64,000 nucleotides of DNA from an uncultured bacterium (GTDB lineage: Bacteria; Bipolaricaulota; Bipolaricaulia; UBA7950; UBA9294). The position numbers and the translations under genes were made by a program. The stretch is taken from positions 23,588 through 87,587 of the forward strand of contig CAIOGO010000018.1 in the NCBI GenBank assembly GCA_903857865.1, given 5' to 3'. Shown here piece after piece: positions 27,178-36,886 of this stretch; the first letter of the stretch is position 1, and each line of letters begins with the position of its first letter. The notes beneath the pieces are model-generated. The model was not told the DNA's origin and searched no databases. It worked only from the letters and a program-made list of their open reading frames with translations.

Positions 27178-28542
27178 CTACGCCCCCGGGGTGGGTGAGG
27201 ACGCCGACGCCGGCTTGTCCTCCGCCTTCGCGTCGTGGTCCGGCACGAGGTCTTCGAGGTTGCGCACGGCGGGAACGAAGAAGAGGACGATGAGGCAGGC
27301 GAGGCAGTAGACGACTCCTGCGAGAACGTACTGGAGCCCGAGGCCGGAGCCTGGCGACGTGCCGACGAGCCAGCCGAACGCGTGCGACAACCAGGTGGAG
27401 GACGTCATCGCCGGCTCGGTCACGTAGTCGGCCAGCGCTCCGGCGAGGACGGGTGTGATGGGCAAGAGCGAGAAGGCAATGAGCCGCCGCGCCGCGAACA
27501 CGCGCCCCTGAACGTCCGGCGGGACTTTGGCCTGCCAAATCGCTTGGGCGGCGCTGTTGGACAAGCACACGGCCAGCATTCCGAGCGCGGCGGTCGGGAT
27601 CCAGAACGCGAGGCTGCGTCCGAACCCGAACAGGAAGAGGCCGAGGAACCCAAGGAGGAACTCGCCGACGAAGATGTTGGTCGTCTTCCGCTTGAACCCG
27701 CCCCACGCGCTTACGAGGAGGCCTCCGGCCACCCCGCCGACGGCGGCCGCCGACATCACAGCGCCGAGGGAAGCGCTGTGGTTCCCCGTGCGAGCCAGGA
27801 TGAACGGGGCGACGAGGCCCATGCCGTTGACGAAGTTCAGGATGGCAAAGAAGAGGGTAAGGCCGAGGAGACCCTTCCTCGCGAAGATGTACTTGAACCC
27901 GAAGATCGCCTCGCGCAGGAGGTGGCTGCGGGCCGCAGCGCCCTCCGCGGAGGGCGGAGGCGTCGGGATGTGGACGACGAACAGGGTTCCGATGGCGAAA
28001 GCGAAGGTCGCCAGATCGATCACGAGGATGCCGGTGAGTCCGACGATCGGGTAGAGCGCGCCGGCGAGAATCGGCGCGAACACGCCGGGTCCGGAATCGA
28101 CGAGCGACATCATCCCATTGGCCCGCTGGTACTGCTCCTTGGGCACCATGGTGCTGATGGCCGCTGAGTACGCCGGCCACTGGAACGTGTTCCCGAGGCC
28201 GACGAGGATCGCCGTGAGGTACAGGTGCCAGACGGAGAGGCCGCCGGTCGTGTGGAGCACGAGGACGGCCATGGTGCCCGCCGCCGCGGCGAGGTCGCTC
28301 AGCATCATCATCAGCTTGCGGTTGTAGCGGTCGACCATCGCCCCGGCGATCGGGGACAGGACGAGGAAGGGGATGAGGAACGACGTCGAAATCACGCCGA
28401 GGGCGGTGGCGCTGCCCGTCGTCTGGTACGCCCAGATCGTGAGCGCGAAGCTCGTCGCGCCTGACGCGAGAACGGAGACAAGTTGCCCCGTCCACACGAA
28501 CGTGAAGCCCACGAAGCCTGTCGGCTTCTGACGAGCAGCCAT
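27178..28542 (-). CDS. MFS transporter (EntS/macrolide-efflux-like, 12 TM)
   Basis: Start re-called at MAARQKPTGFVGFTFVW. MFS motif region (…GAMVDRYNRKLMMM…). 12 hydrophobic segments. Confidence 0.85.
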   Translation of the reverse strand: MAARQKPTGFVGFTFVWTGQLVSVLASGATSFALTIWAYQTTGSATALGVISTSFLIPFLVLSPIAGAMVDRYNRKLMMMLSDLAAAAGTMAVLVLHTTGGLSVWHLYLTAILVGLGNTFQWPAYSAAISTMVPKEQYQRANGMMSLVDSGPGVFAPILAGALYPIVGLTGILVIDLATFAFAIGTLFVVHIPTPPPSAEGAAARSHLLREAIFGFKYIFARKGLLGLTLFFAILNFVNGMGLVAPFILARTGNHSASLGAVMSAAAVGGVAGGLLVSAWGGFKRKTTNIFVGEFLLGFLGLFLFGFGRSLAFWIPTAALGMLAVCLSNSAAQAIWQAKVPPDVQGRVFAARRLIAFSLLPITPVLAGALADYVTEPAMTSSTWLSHAFGWLVGTSPGSGLGLQYVLAGVVYCLACLIVLFFVPAVRNLEDLVPDHDAKAEDKPASASSPTPGA

Positions 28543-28695
28543 TCCCTGTCCTCCCCGATGGTTGAGTGTGCCGCACATCTTCCGGCACCGAAACACCGGG
28601 CGCCACGGGGCGATGTCTCACGTCGCGAGCCCGGACGCTTGCTCTCAGAGTCAGGACGACACGTCTCGCGAATGTCGCGTGGGCAGCGTGGGCGA

Positions 28696-29778
28696 TCAGG
28701 CTGAGGCCTGCGTCGTCGTGCCTTGACGTTCCAGCTCGAGGAGGCGGTGCTTGCGCCACAGTCCGCCACCGTAGCCGACAAGCTGGCCGTCCTTCCCGAT
28801 CACGCGGTGACAAGGAATGAGGATCGAGATCCGGTTGTCGCCGTTGGCGCGGGCCACGGCGCGCACGGCCGTGGGTCGTCCGATGGCGTTGGCCTGATCT
28901 TGATAGGATCGTGTCTCCCCGCACGGGATTTCCTGAAGAGCTTGCCAGACGCGTTCCTGGAACGGCGTTCCCGCGGTGACGAGGGGGACTGTGAACGCTC
29001 GCCGCGTGCCGGCGAAGTACTCGGCCAGTTGGCGTTCGAGGAGAGCGACGTGGGAACTCGTCCCGGGCAGGGCGCGGGCATGGAGCGCCTTCTGGATGCG
29101 CCCGAGCTGCGTCTCCAGCATGCGGCGGTCGGCGAACTCGAGGAGGCACAGGCCTTCATCGGTCGCGCCCGCGACCATGGGTCCGAGGGGAGTCGGAATT
29201 CGCGTCACCGTGACGAGGCGCAGACTCCGGCTGTGTGCCGGCGCCTTGCCCGTCGTCTTGGCGAACGCCTCGGTGAAGCCGCTCAACGACTCGTAGCCCG
29301 CCCCATAGGCAGCCGCGGCCACGCCGTCGCCTGCCTGGATCCGGCCAAAGGCCGTGGCGAGCCGCAGCGCGCGGCCGTAGGCGTGGAAGGTCATCCCATG
29401 GTGCTTGAGGAACCAGCGACGCACGCGATCCGGCTCGAGTCCTCGGTCGCGCAGATCCTGATCCTTCCAGCGCCGGTCCGGAGCGGCGTGGACGTCGTCG
29501 AGAAGGGGCCGAACCCATTCCGGTGCCTCGCCAGGCACCCCAACCGGGTCGCACAGCTTGCAGGGGCGGTACCCGTAATGCAGCGCGTCGGTCGCGGACG
29601 GGAAAAACTCCACATTCTCGCGCTTCGGCTTTCTGGCGCCGCACGTGAGGCGGCAGAAGATGCCCGTCGTGATGACGCCGACGACGCACACGCCGTCGAA
29701 TTGGCTGTCTCGCTCGATGAGTGCCTTGTAGAGGAGGTCAGCGGGCGGCAACTCGCGGGTTCGCGCTTGGGTATCCAT
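28696..29778 (-). CDS. ada: Bifunctional Ada-like regulator: Ada Zn-binding/AraC HTH domain plus O6-methylguanine-DNA methyltransferase domain
   Basis: N-terminal Cys cluster (CRLTCGARKPKRENVEFF…CKLC), AraC-type HTH, and C-terminal MGMT active site IPCHRVIG. Confidence 0.85.
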   Translation of the reverse strand: MDTQARTRELPPADLLYKALIERDSQFDGVCVVGVITTGIFCRLTCGARKPKRENVEFFPSATDALHYGYRPCKLCDPVGVPGEAPEWVRPLLDDVHAAPDRRWKDQDLRDRGLEPDRVRRWFLKHHGMTFHAYGRALRLATAFGRIQAGDGVAAAAYGAGYESLSGFTEAFAKTTGKAPAHSRSLRLVTVTRIPTPLGPMVAGATDEGLCLLEFADRRMLETQLGRIQKALHARALPGTSSHVALLERQLAEYFAGTRRAFTVPLVTAGTPFQERVWQALQEIPCGETRSYQDQANAIGRPTAVRAVARANGDNRISILIPCHRVIGKDGQLVGYGGGLWRKHRLLELERQGTTTQASA

Positions 29779-29921
29779 GGGACAACGTCTCCTTTGGCGT
29801 CTCGCGTTACGGTAGACGGACGGCGCCGTCTGGGCAACCGGAAACCTGGCGAAGATGTCGTCCAATGCTGTGCTTCCGCTCCCCCGGTCGGGTGCAACTT
29901 CCTTTGTCTACGGAAGAGTCG

Positions 29922-30548
29922 ATGTGGATGAGCGAACGCGAAGCTCCTACCATGCCTGCGATGAACGAGACTCCGAGAGCGATCGTCGTCGCTGGGCCCA
30001 ACGGAGCGGGCAAGACGACGTTTGTGCGGCAGTACCTCGAGACCCACGTGGGGTTCGAGTACCTGAGCGCCGACGATATCGCGCTCGAACTCTCGCCGAG
30101 CCGGCCGGAGACGGTCTACGTGAGTGCAGGCAAGATCTTCTTTCGAAGGCTGCGCAACCTTCTCGCTGTGCGCCAGAGTTTCGTGACGGAGGTGACGCTT
30201 TCGAGTTCCCGCCTTGGCCGACACATCGCGGCGTTTCACGCTGCCGGTTACGAGGTGGAACTCGTGTTCATCCACTTGGAGTCGGCCGAGCTGTGCGTCG
30301 CCCGTGTCGCCGAGCGGGTGCGCAAGGGCGGGCACCGCGTTGCGCCGCGCGACATTCGTCGCCGATACGGACGCAGCGTGACGAACTTCTGGACGCGCTA
30401 CCGCGCGATCGTGGATGGCTGGTTTCTCATGCAGAACTCGTTCCAGTCCTTCAGTCTGGTGGCGTACGGCACTCGGGAGTCCTTGATCGTCGAGGATCCG
30501 GCGCTGTATGATGCCTTCGTGAGAGGTCTGGTTGATGCAACGTCCTAA
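29922..30548 (+). CDS. Zeta-toxin/AAA_33-like P-loop kinase (COG4185-like)
   Basis: Walker A AIVVAGPNGAGKTTF. About 208 aa with zeta/PezT-like fold length. Divergently oriented from ada. Confidence 0.7.
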   Translation: MWMSEREAPTMPAMNETPRAIVVAGPNGAGKTTFVRQYLETHVGFEYLSADDIALELSPSRPETVYVSAGKIFFRRLRNLLAVRQSFVTEVTLSSSRLGRHIAAFHAAGYEVELVFIHLESAELCVARVAERVRKGGHRVAPRDIRRRYGRSVTNFWTRYRAIVDGWFLMQNSFQSFSLVAYGTRESLIVEDPALYDAFVRGLVDATS

Positions 30549-30825
30549 GACGATTCGGGTGGGGCTAAAGGACAAGGCGCGTCACTTCGAGCGCGTTGGC
30601 GCTGAGGCCACGCGCCGGGCGCAGCAGGAGAGTCGGCGCCGCGGCGTTCCGAACGTCTACTCCTGGCGCGGGAGGCTCGTGTTCGAGCATCCGCACTCCG
30701 GCAGGCTCCTGGAATGGGATCCCGCGGCGCCACGGACGGGTCGCGCCGTCGGCGTCATTGCCCGTAGCTTCCGTCAGGCCGGCCGACATCTCCTCGTCTT
30801 CCTCCGCGCTCTTCGGTTCGAGTAA
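30532..30825 (+). CDS. Hypothetical 97-aa basic protein overlapping the 3' end of the zeta-like kinase gene
   Basis: ATG 17 nt inside the upstream gene (translational-coupling geometry). No recognisable domain. Confidence 0.3.
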   Translation: MMQRPKTIRVGLKDKARHFERVGAEATRRAQQESRRRGVPNVYSWRGRLVFEHPHSGRLLEWDPAAPRTGRAVGVIARSFRQAGRHLLVFLRALRFE

Positions 30826-30945
30826 CCACAGCGCGTTCTTCCTCTCGCCAACTCCCATCTGTACAGGACTCCGCCATCTCGCCCCAAACAACGCCGTGTG
30901 CACGCGCCGCCCGGCCCATCTGCGCCGAGCTGAGCCGGCGGCCGA

Positions 30946-31236
30946 TTACGCGTTGGGGTCTGGAGGCTCTCCACCTTCGGCGACGTGGAGTCGGAGGAAG
31001 AGCCACATGATGAGGAGTGCGGCGACCGCCCCGACGGCGACCCACAGAACGCGTATCGGGACGATCAGGTCGCCGAAAACCACCGTGACCAAGAGAACGC
31101 CGATCATCGGCGCCCACCCCCACTTCGTGAGCACCGATCGCCCGCCGCACTTCGCACAGCGATAGCCCATCAAGCCTGAGTAGACGAGCAAACGTAGGGG
31201 GTTCGCGACGGTACGGCAGTACGGGCAACGCGTCAT
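30946..31236 (-). CDS. Small Zn-ribbon membrane protein (CxxC…CxxC plus two TM)
   Basis: MTRCPYCRTV…YRCAKCGG followed by two hydrophobic helices. Confidence 0.45.
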   Translation of the reverse strand: MTRCPYCRTVANPLRLLVYSGLMGYRCAKCGGRSVLTKWGWAPMIGVLLVTVVFGDLIVPIRVLWVAVGAVAALLIMWLFLRLHVAEGGEPPDPNA

Positions 31237-31339
31237 CGGTCTCCTTTCTCTGTCGTCCTGAACACGACGGCTCCAGCCTACACGCAGGCCGCCGCGACGT
31301 CCACGGGAAGGAACCTTGGTTGCGCGAACTCAGGGGGCG

Positions 31340-31924
31340 TCAGGAGTAGAGGCCTGGATTCCGGAACGGGATGAGGGCAAGAGTGACGGCGTGCCGGTAG
31401 AGCGTCGCGCGGTTGATTGCGCCGCCCGTGAGGAGTCCGACGGCTCCGCCCTCGCGTTTGGAATCCGTGCAGCCGAACACGCGGTCGTCGGCCTCACCGA
31501 GCTCCAACCCGTCACGGACGAGGCGCGCGACCGCTTCTGGAAGGAAGAACGTGCCCGTCCTCGCCTTTCCCGTGCGGTCGCGGGACCGCACAACGACCCA
31601 CGCGTAGGCGGCCAATCGCTCGTCCATGTCGGCGACGCCGCCCTCGATGCCGACCCAGAAGTCGGCGTCAGGCGACGCGGCCATGGCCCGAGCGGCGCGA
31701 GCCTCGGCTCCGCGGAGAGTCTCCGCATCGGTGCCGGGCTGGTCGCCCACGCCCGATGGGACGTCGAGGCCGCTCACACGGAAGATCCCATCGGGGAAGG
31801 CATCTCGGAAGCCTCCGAGCGCCGCGCGGATCTTGACTGGGTTATTGGAGGCCACGACGATGCGGCGTTCGCTTGGCGGCTTCACGCTCACCTCTTCCAG
31901 AACCCGAATTCCCTCTCGAAGCAC
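31340..31924 (-). CDS. yjjX: Non-canonical purine NTP phosphatase (inosine/xanthosine triphosphatase, YjjX-like, Maf/Ham1 superfamily)
   Basis: RIVVASNNPVKIRA… N-terminal motif and YjjX-like length (about 180-194 aa). Confidence 0.75.
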   Translation of the reverse strand: MLREGIRVLEEVSVKPPSERRIVVASNNPVKIRAALGGFRDAFPDGIFRVSGLDVPSGVGDQPGTDAETLRGAEARAARAMAASPDADFWVGIEGGVADMDERLAAYAWVVVRSRDRTGKARTGTFFLPEAVARLVRDGLELGEADDRVFGCTDSKREGGAVGLLTGGAINRATLYRHAVTLALIPFRNPGLYS

Positions 31925-32139
31925 GTGCCGTCGATTTCGGACACCATCTGCTGGATTGCCGTCTGAGCATCGCCCACGGCGAGGTTGTACACCGAGGGGC
32001 CGATCTCCTTGAGCGCGAAGTCGAGGAGGAGCGACGCCTTGAGATGGCCGATGTCCTGCTCGAGGTGTTCGGCGAAGTAGCGCCGAATCGAGGCTATGAG
32101 CCGCTCACGCGTCGCCTTGTCGAGCTCGATGGGCCACAG
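31888..32139 (-). CDS. DUF2164-family small protein (start codon uncertain; no in-frame ATG or GTG clear of the upstream gene)
   Basis: …IELDKATRERLIASIRRYFAEHLEQDIGHLKASLLLDFALKEIGPSVYNLAVGDAQ… matches DUF2164. Overlaps the yjjX start by 37 nt. Confidence 0.5.
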   Translation of the reverse strand: MWPIELDKATRERLIASIRRYFAEHLEQDIGHLKASLLLDFALKEIGPSVYNLAVGDAQTAIQQMVSEIDGTCFEREFGFWKR

Positions 32140-32141
32140 GC

Positions 32142-32429
32142 CTACTCCGTGCGGCTGGTGATCTCGATCAGGTGGTATCCGAACTTCGTCTGCACCGGGC
32201 CGTGAACGACTCCGACGGCGTCGTGGAAGACGACGTGGTCGAACTCCGGCACCATCTGCCCCGGTCCGAACTCCCCAAGGTCGCCGCCCGACGAACCGGA
32301 ACCGGACGGGCACTTGGAATGCACCTCAGCCAGCGCGGCGAAGTCCGCGCCGCCTTCGATCTCTCTCAGCAACTCCTCAGCCTCTTCGTAGGTGTCTACG
32401 AGAATGTGCCGCGCCGTCGCCTTGGCCAT
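32142..32429 (-). CDS. PpiC-type (parvulin) peptidyl-prolyl cis-trans isomerase
   Basis: ARHILVDTYEEAEELLREIEGGADFAALAEVHSKCPSGSSGGDLGEF…GYHLIEI. 95 aa from MAKATARHILV. Confidence 0.8.
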   Translation of the reverse strand: MAKATARHILVDTYEEAEELLREIEGGADFAALAEVHSKCPSGSGSSGGDLGEFGPGQMVPEFDHVVFHDAVGVVHGPVQTKFGYHLIEITSRTE

Positions 32430-32644
32430 GTCCGCCTCCCTCTTCTGAAGCATCGACAATACCCGACCTCGAGAGGATCGACAACTCATGTGGGCTGGGA
32501 AATGTAGTTCGCGGGAAGGGCTTCCCAGTTTGCTCGGTCCGACCGGCCTGTAGTCTGTGGCCTCGGATCCCCGGCTGCGTCTAGTCTTAGTCCCTCGAAC
32601 TCGCTAGGCTGGATCGCAGAGCGACAAGGGGAGCGGAGGTAGCT

Positions 32645-33217
32645 ATGCGGCTTGCGGTGGGAATGCTCATGCTCATCGGTCTTGCGGCCATCAGTTTCGT
32701 CAACGTTCATCAAGGAGCGCCCATGACCACCAGCGATGTCGATGTCACGAGGTACATGGGGATGTGGTACGCGGTAGCCAGCATTCCGACGACGTTCGAG
32801 AAGGGATGCGCCCAGGGAACGACGGCCTACTACCGTCTCTTGCCCAACGGCCGGGTTGAGGTAACCAACACCTGCTATGATGCCGCTGGCAAGGCGTCTC
32901 GTGTGGTTGGACGGGCGTGGATTCCCGATCCGTCGCAGACCGGCAAGCTCAAGGTGAGCTTCGTGGGCCTGCTCGGACTCTGGCTCTTCCCAGCAGACTA
33001 CTGGATCCTTGACCTCGCGGCCGACTACAGCTACGCCGTCGTCGGGCATCCCGAGCGAAAGTTCGGCTGGATCCTGAGTCGCACGCCGACCCTTGCGGAC
33101 GACGTGTTGGCGGGAGTCTACAGCCGCCTCGAGCGGCAGGGCTATCGGCGCGACCAGTTCGTGCCGATCGATCAGACGATGCACCTGTCCAAACGCCTGA
33201 CGCCGGCCAGCGGCTGA
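32645..33217 (+). CDS. blc: Bacterial lipocalin (Blc-like)
   Basis: Signal/lipoprotein N-terminus. Lipocalin SCR1 YMGMWYAVASIP (GxWYEIA-type) and downstream TD/R motifs. Confidence 0.85.
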   Translation: MRLAVGMLMLIGLAAISFVNVHQGAPMTTSDVDVTRYMGMWYAVASIPTTFEKGCAQGTTAYYRLLPNGRVEVTNTCYDAAGKASRVVGRAWIPDPSQTGKLKVSFVGLLGLWLFPADYWILDLAADYSYAVVGHPERKFGWILSRTPTLADDVLAGVYSRLERQGYRRDQFVPIDQTMHLSKRLTPASG

Positions 33218-33402
33218 CGCTCTACAACGCGTCGGCGACCGACGTCTCGACGGACGCTTCGTGGTTCATAAGCACGAGGAGGCGGCCGACAGGCTGGCCG
33301 AGCCGTGTTGATGAATCCTTCCGGGTCTACGAGCACGACGCCGCAGACCGTTGCGTGGATCGGCGGCGGGCGATACCGTAGACACGTCGGAAGGTGAGCA
33401 AG

Positions 33403-34182
33403 ATGAAGCTGTTGGAGAACAAGATCGGCCTCGTCTTCGGCCTCGCGAACGACCGAAGCATCGCATGGCACATCGCGCGGAACGCGATCGAGCACGGCGC
33501 GACCTGCGGATTCCCGTACCTCTCGGGAGAGAAGATGGAACGACGTGTCCGCAAGACGCTCGAGGATGGCGGCGTGGCCGCCCCGTGGCTCTACCCGTGC
33601 GACGTCTCGCGCGACGACGACCTGGACTCCCTGTTTTCTGCTGCGGCGAAGCACTTCGGACGCCTCGACTTCGTCGTGCACTCCATCGCGTATGCCGATC
33701 GCGAGTACCTCCAGCCGGGTACGTTCGCCGAGACGCCGCGCGCTGCGTTTGCGCAAGCGCTCGACATCTCCGTCTACTCCCTCCTCGCCGTCGCCCGCCG
33801 CGCGCAACCGCTGATGACGAGCGGCGGCTCGATCCTCACGCTCAGCTACTACGGGGCGGAAAAGGCGGCGTCGGGCTACAACGTCATGGGTGTCGCCAAA
33901 GCGGCGCTCGAATCGGCCGTCCGATACCTGGCGGTGGATCTCGGGCCCCAGGGGATTCGCGTCAACAGCCTTTCCGCTGGGCCATGTCGCACGTTGTCGG
34001 CGATGGCCGTCGGCGGCATCGACGACATCCTGACGAGGGTCGAAGCGGTCGCGCCATTGCGCCGGAACATCGAGACCGACGAGGTCGGGAAGGCGGCCGT
34101 CTACCTCTTGTCCGACCTTTCCTCCGGCGTAACGGGAGAAACCCATCACGTGGATGCCGGCTACAGCGCCATCGTCACGTAG
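33403..34182 (+). CDS. fabI: Enoyl-[acyl-carrier-protein] reductase (NADH), FabI
   Basis: N-terminal GLVFGLANDRSIAW (Rossmann), a catalytic-region Y-x6-K (YNVMGVAK), SDR fold. 259 aa. RBS GGAAGG. Confidence 0.9.
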   Translation: MKLLENKIGLVFGLANDRSIAWHIARNAIEHGATCGFPYLSGEKMERRVRKTLEDGGVAAPWLYPCDVSRDDDLDSLFSAAAKHFGRLDFVVHSIAYADREYLQPGTFAETPRAAFAQALDISVYSLLAVARRAQPLMTSGGSILTLSYYGAEKAASGYNVMGVAKAALESAVRYLAVDLGPQGIRVNSLSAGPCRTLSAMAVGGIDDILTRVEAVAPLRRNIETDEVGKAAVYLLSDLSSGVTGETHHVDAGYSAIVT

Positions 34183-34267
34183 CTGGTCGTCGCCCGTCCC
34201 GAGCTACCGAAGAGCGGGCGCGGTCCGAAAATGGCGGACCCGTAGCTCTCTGCGAAGACCGCCGGAA

Positions 34268-35527
34268 CTAGGCGCCGTGTGCGCGCGGCACGGCGCGGTG
34301 GCGGCTCACATAGAGCGCTCCGGATGGGCGAGGTGCGGTGGCTATGGGCTGACGGAACGAACGCGGGAGAGCGGCGGCCGGCGCCCTTGTCGCGAACTGC
34401 GTTTCCGGCTCGAACGTTCCGTAGTCGAAGTCCGCCAGGCGGCGGCGCTCGATTCGCGCCCCGACCGCGCGGTCGATGTCGCGGATCATGAGACCGTCGG
34501 CGGGAGAGGCCAGTGTGAATGCTTCTCCAACCTGATCTGCCCGGCCCGTGCGGCCGATGCGGTGCGTGTACGCGTCCACCGTATTGGGAACGTCGACGTT
34601 GATCACGTGTGTGATGCCCGTGACGTCGATCCCTCGTGCGGCGACATCCGTGGCAACCAGAATGTCATAGCGGCGGCCGCGGAATCCATCGATGGCGGCC
34701 TGGCGCTGGACCTGCGACATGTTCCCCTGCAAGGCAGCTGCGCGGTGTCCCGCCTTGGCCAGAATCAGCGCCAGATTGCGAGCCCGGTGCTTAGTCCTCG
34801 TGAAGATCAGGACGCGCCCGGTCGCCGTCCGCTTGAGCAGGGCGAGGAGGAGGTTCGTCTTCTGGGTCTCCGGAACTGGGTAGAGTGCGTGCGACACCGT
34901 CTTCGCCGGGGCGATGGGGTCGACCTGGACCGTCGTCGGATCGCGGAGAATGCTCTGGGCGAGGCCGCGGATGTCGTTGGGCATCGTGGCGCAGAAGAAG
35001 AGCGTCTGCCGGCGTGCGGGGACATGTCGAAGTATGCGGCGAATGTCGGGCAGGAACCCCATGTCGCACATGCGGTCCGCCTCGTCGAGCACCAGCACCT
35101 CAACGTGCAAGAGATCGATAGCGCCATCGTCAATGTGGTCGAGGAGTCGGCCCGGGCAGGCGATGACGATGTCCGCGCCCCGCCGCAGGGCGGCCAATTG
35201 CGGCCGCTTGCTCACTCCGCCGTAGATCGCGACGCTGCGCACCTTCGTGTGTCGCCCGAACGCGATCGTCGCCTGATGAATCTGCTCTGCCAGCTCGCGC
35301 GTCGGCGCAAGGATCAACGCGCGGATGCCGCCCGGCTGGCCGCGAACGAGGCGGTCGAGAATGGGGAGCATGAACGCTGCTGTCTTTCCTGTTCCTGTCT
35401 GTGCTAAGCCGAGAACGTCCCGCCGCGCGAGGACGACCGGGATGGCTTGCTCTTGGATGGGGGTCGGGGCCTGATACTCAACGCCGGAAACAACGTGCGG
35501 GTGAAGCGAGAAATGCTCGAAACTCAC
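34268..35527 (-). CDS. DEAD-box ATP-dependent RNA helicase (RhlE/DeaD-like)
   Basis: Q-motif, AQTGTGKT, PTRELA, DEAD-box (DEADRM), SAT-like, HRIGRTGR. GTG start with perfect SD AAGGAGG. Confidence 0.9.
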   Translation of the reverse strand: MSFEHFSLHPHVVSGVEYQAPTPIQEQAIPVVLARRDVLGLAQTGTGKTAAFMLPILDRLVRGQPGGIRALILAPTRELAEQIHQATIAFGRHTKVRSVAIYGGVSKRPQLAALRRGADIVIACPGRLLDHIDDGAIDLLHVEVLVLDEADRMCDMGFLPDIRRILRHVPARRQTLFFCATMPNDIRGLAQSILRDPTTVQVDPIAPAKTVSHALYPVPETQKTNLLLALLKRTATGRVLIFTRTKHRARNLALILAKAGHRAAALQGNMSQVQRQAAIDGFRGRRYDILVATDVAARGIDVTGITHVINVDVPNTVDAYTHRIGRTGRADQVGEAFTLASPADGLMIRDIDRAVGARIERRRLADFDYGTFEPETQFATRAPAAALPRSFRQPIATAPRPSGALYVSRHRAVPRAHGA

Positions 35528-35901
35528 TGAAAGTCCTCCTTGGACTATTGAGCCAAGTCGCACTCTCAGCTCGTGATGCTTTGCAATCTTTGCGGTTGAC
35601 GTATGCGATCCAGTTGCTAGCGTGATATTGGTGGGAAGTGTACCCGCTCCGCGCGAGCTTATCCAGCGGCGATCGGCTCTTGCGGCGCTGCCTGCCCGGA
35701 AACGCTCTCCAGGACGGTTGTTTCGCGCTCAATGCCGAACGGCGTTCGGCACGGGAGTCTTGGTGAAGGCGTGGCTTCTCTCCGAAGCGTCGGCACAGAC
35801 TCTTCATTTCTTGGATGTCTCCGAGGATCGAGGATAGGATGAACGTCGCTGCGTGGGCCTCGGTGGCTCGGCAGCGTCCTCAAAACTGAAAGGGGGCAAC
35901 G

Positions 35902-36783
35902 ATGCAACTCTGGGCGTGGATTCTCATCATCGCCGTTGTGGTCATCTTTCTCTCCGGGATCCGGATCGTGCGTCCGACGCACCGCGCGCTGATCGAGCGG
36001 CTGGGCAAGTACCAGCGCTTCGGTCAGGCCGGATTCCACTGGGTGATGCCGGCGATCGATCGCCTGATTCAGATCAACGTGACGGAGCAGATGGTCGACG
36101 CGCAGCCGCAAGAGATCATTACCAACGACAACCTGAACGCGCGCGTCGACGCTCAGGTCTACTTCAAGGTCAAGAACGACGAAGAGAGCGTCAAGAACTC
36201 GCAGTACAACGTCAATAGCTACCAGATCCAGATCGTGAACCTCGCGCGCACGACGTTGCGCAACATCATCGGAACCCTCACCCTGAAGTCGGCGAACAGC
36301 GAACGAGACAGGATCAACAACGAGCTCCTCTCCACGCTGTCGGCGGAGACGAAGAGCTGGGGCATGGAGATCGTCCGCACGGAGCTCAAGGAGATCGATC
36401 CGCCGAAGGACGTCCAGGAGACGATGAACAAGGTCGTCAAGGCCGAGAACGAGAAGATCGCCGCCCTCGACTATGCCAACGCGGTGGAGCGTCAGGCGGA
36501 CGGCGAGAAGCGCTCCGAGATCAAGAAGGCGGAAGGAATCAAGCAAGCGAAGATTCTCGCCGCGGAAGGCGAAGCCGAGGCCATCCGCCTCGTGAACGAA
36601 GCGGCGAACACGTACTTCGTCGGGAACGCCCAGCTTCTTCGCAAGCTGGAGACGCTCGAGAGGTCGCTGCGCGACAACGCGAAGATCGTAATCCCCGCGG
36701 GGTCCGAACTCATCAACGTGATCGGCGACCTGGCCGGAGTGACTCCGGTGCCAATGAAGCGGCCTGGGGAACAAGGGAAGTAG
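35902..36783 (+). CDS. SPFH/band-7 (stomatin/prohibitin-like) membrane protein
   Basis: N-terminal TM then the SPFH domain, then a coiled-coil Ala/Glu/Lys-rich region. RBS AAAGGGGG. Confidence 0.85.
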   Translation: MQLWAWILIIAVVVIFLSGIRIVRPTHRALIERLGKYQRFGQAGFHWVMPAIDRLIQINVTEQMVDAQPQEIITNDNLNARVDAQVYFKVKNDEESVKNSQYNVNSYQIQIVNLARTTLRNIIGTLTLKSANSERDRINNELLSTLSAETKSWGMEIVRTELKEIDPPKDVQETMNKVVKAENEKIAALDYANAVERQADGEKRSEIKKAEGIKQAKILAAEGEAEAIRLVNEAANTYFVGNAQLLRKLETLERSLRDNAKIVIPAGSELINVIGDLAGVTPVPMKRPGEQGK

Positions 36784-36886
36784 AGGTAACGGTCAGCTTG
36801 TGCAGCATGAGGAGTGCGCCCCCGGCGGGTCGCGGGGGCGCTTCCATTGATCGGCGTGAGAGGCCGTGGGCAAAGGGGATCGTGAA

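Noticed and set aside
35528-35901. Possible ncRNA or long 5'-UTR element in the 370-bp divergent intergenic region between the DEAD-box helicase and the SPFH gene
   Set aside because: I could not identify a convincing conserved structure or promoter consensus by eye. DEAD-box cold-shock helicases commonly have long structured leaders, so not calling it is the safer choice.
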